A stretch of DNA of 64,000 nucleotides, from NCBI GenBank assembly GCA_963805475.1, contig CAWDUO010000005.1, positions 60,545 to 124,544 of the forward strand, given 5' to 3'. Every line of letters begins with the position of its first letter. Positions within the stretch are counted from its first letter, which is position 1. This document shows positions 62,800 through 64,000 of this stretch, one piece after another. This DNA comes from an uncultured Solirubrobacterales bacterium (lineage in GTDB: Bacteria; Actinomycetota; Thermoleophilia; Solirubrobacterales; 70-9). The notes below the pieces were generated by a model. The model searched no databases and had not been told where the DNA came from. It worked only from the letters and a program-made list of their open reading frames with translations. The position numbers and the translations under genes are program-made.

Positions 62800-63255
62800 C
62801 TAGTGACGGGGCTCGAGGACGACGATCGGGATCTCGCGCCCTTTGCTGCGGGCGGCGTAGCCTTCGTAGCCGGGGTAGGCGGCGACCGCCTTGTCCCAGA
62901 GCCGGTCGCGCTCCTCGGGTTTCGCCACGCGGGCGTGGACCGGCAGGCGGGCCGAGCCGACCTGGACCTCGGTGTCGGGGTTGGCCTTGAGGTTGTAGAA
63001 CCAGGCCGGGTTCTTCGGGAAGCCGCCTTTGGAGGCGATGACCGCCAGGTCCTCGCCCTCGCGCACGTAGAGCAGCGGCGAGGTGCGCTTGACGCCGCTC
63101 TTCGCTCCGACGTGGTCGAGCAGCAGCACCCGGATCGGCGAGCCGGGCAGGCTGTGCCCGACCCGCCCACCCGTGACCCGGTAGACGAACGTGTGGACGC
63201 GCATCCCCCGCCAGATCAGCGGCCAGGTCTTGTCGGCGAGATCGAGGTAGCTCAT
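62800..63255 (-). CDS. Deazaflavin (F420H2)-dependent nitroreductase family protein (DDN-like)
   Basis: 151 aa from MSYLDLADK. LLLDHVGAKSGVKRTSPLLYV...ASKGGFPKNPAWFYNLKANP...YPGYEGY pattern. Confidence 0.8.
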   Translation of the reverse strand: MSYLDLADKTWPLIWRGMRVHTFVYRVTGGRVGHSLPGSPIRVLLLDHVGAKSGVKRTSPLLYVREGEDLAVIASKGGFPKNPAWFYNLKANPDTEVQVGSARLPVHARVAKPEERDRLWDKAVAAYPGYEGYAARSKGREIPIVVLEPRH

Positions 63256-63406
63256 CCGTTTTGAGGGCCTAACTCGATTCTGAGGGCGCGAAAACCAAGC
63301 AGGTCGGGGGATGCAGGGAGGCTGGTGAGGGGAGCGCACAGTTAGTGCGTGACCCGAACCAGCCTCCCGAAGACCCCGAGATGCGCCGGTTTGCAGCGTC
63401 CTCAGC

Positions 63407-64000
63407 TCAGGTGTACATGCCTCCGAACATGCCGCCTGTGACGTTCAGGGTCTGTCCCTGCACGTAGTTGGAGAGCGGCGAGGCGAGGAACAGCACCGGG
63501 CCCGAGGCCTCCTGCGGCGTCGCCGGGCGGCCGAGCGGGATGATCGCCGAGGCCATCGCCCGCATCTGCTCGGGGATGCCGAGCTCGATCTTCTCGCCGC
63601 CGGGGGCGGTCATCTCCTCGCCGGCCTCCTTGGCGGCGGTGAGCCGCGTTTCGACGAAGCCGAAGGCGACCGCGTTGACGTTGATCTTGAACTGGCCCCA
63701 CTCCTTGGCCAGCGTTTTGGTCATCCCGACGACGGCCATCTTCGCCGCCGAGTAGTTGATCTGGCCGGCGTTGCCCATCGTCCCCGAGGTCGAGGAGATG
63801 TTGATCAGCTTGCGGAAGACCTCCTTGCCCTCGCCCAGCTCGGCCTTGGCCGCCTCGCGCCAGTGCGGCGCCAGCGCCCGGGCGACCCGGAAGGGGACGA
63901 CGGTGTGGATGTCGAGCATCGCCTGGAACTGCTCGTCGGTCATCCGGTGGGCGACGCCGTCCCAGGTGTAGCCGGCGTTGTTGACGACGACGTCGATCGC
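63407..64000 (-). CDS. SDR-family oxidoreductase (FabG-like), N-terminus outside window
   Basis: The frame is open to the window edge. IDVVVNNAGYTWDG ... SSTSGTMGNAGQINYSAAKMAV (the YxxxK catalytic motif). Confidence 0.85.
   Translation of the reverse strand, partial: AIDVVVNNAGYTWDGVAHRMTDEQFQAMLDIHTVVPFRVARALAPHWREAAKAELGEGKEVFRKLINISSTSGTMGNAGQINYSAAKMAVVGMTKTLAKEWGQFKINVNAVAFGFVETRLTAAKEAGEEMTAPGGEKIELGIPEQMRAMASAIIPLGRPATPQEASGPVLFLASPLSNYVQGQTLNVTGGMFGGMYT

Overview
Very G+C-rich, gene-dense chromosomal segment with actinobacterial gene content: qcrCAB plus ctaCDE respiration, an F420-type nitroreductase, a SigB/RsbW/STAS module, and VapBC, HipBA and HigBA-type toxin-antitoxin pairs. 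A Thermoleophilia/Rubrobacteria-like origin is only a guess.

Gene order, left to right:
- Tail of the ribosomal alpha operon (rpsD-rpoA-rplQ), truA, then surE-ligA.
- PBP4, patatin lipase, acyl-CoA ligase and a DsbA-like protein.
- One continuous ORF joining a beta-carbonic anhydrase to PdxH.
- A lower-G+C islet beside tRNA-Pro(CGG): cupin, Gp49/HigB-XRE pair, serine-recombinase remnant.
- A two-component system, a cell-wall lipoprotein, YihY, VapBC and a PP2C phosphatase.
- A ThDP-enzyme / enolase-superfamily / FAD-FeS oxidase operon.
- A decayed HipBA pair.
- ctaG, then a seven-gene translationally coupled operon ctaC-ctaD-ctaE-orf-qcrC-qcrA-qcrB.
- A STAS / RsbW-like / sigma module, GH15-SodA, rubredoxin plus GMC oxidoreductase, LemA and NUDIX.
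- Biotin genes (bioA, then bioD-bioF-bioB) split by a lower-G+C HNH islet plus marR-MFS.
- GGDEF cyclase, AlkA-like glycosylase, crotonase, a small biotinyl protein, GT2, glpK, plsC, an MBL hydrolase, SDRs and a DDN-family nitroreductase.

No rRNA, CRISPR array, intact transposase or prophage was seen.

Two things stand out:
1. Several families of short, comparatively A+T-rich, near-perfect palindromes recur in spacers. One copy sits in frame inside qcrC.
2. About ten otherwise well-conserved genes are each interrupted by a single extra base, almost always +1, with an extreme cluster in hipA. Consensus insertion errors are the simplest explanation, but this needs read-level checking.

I did not find a convincing complete novel multi-gene system. 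The best leads for unexplored biology are the palindrome families and the small HNH islet.
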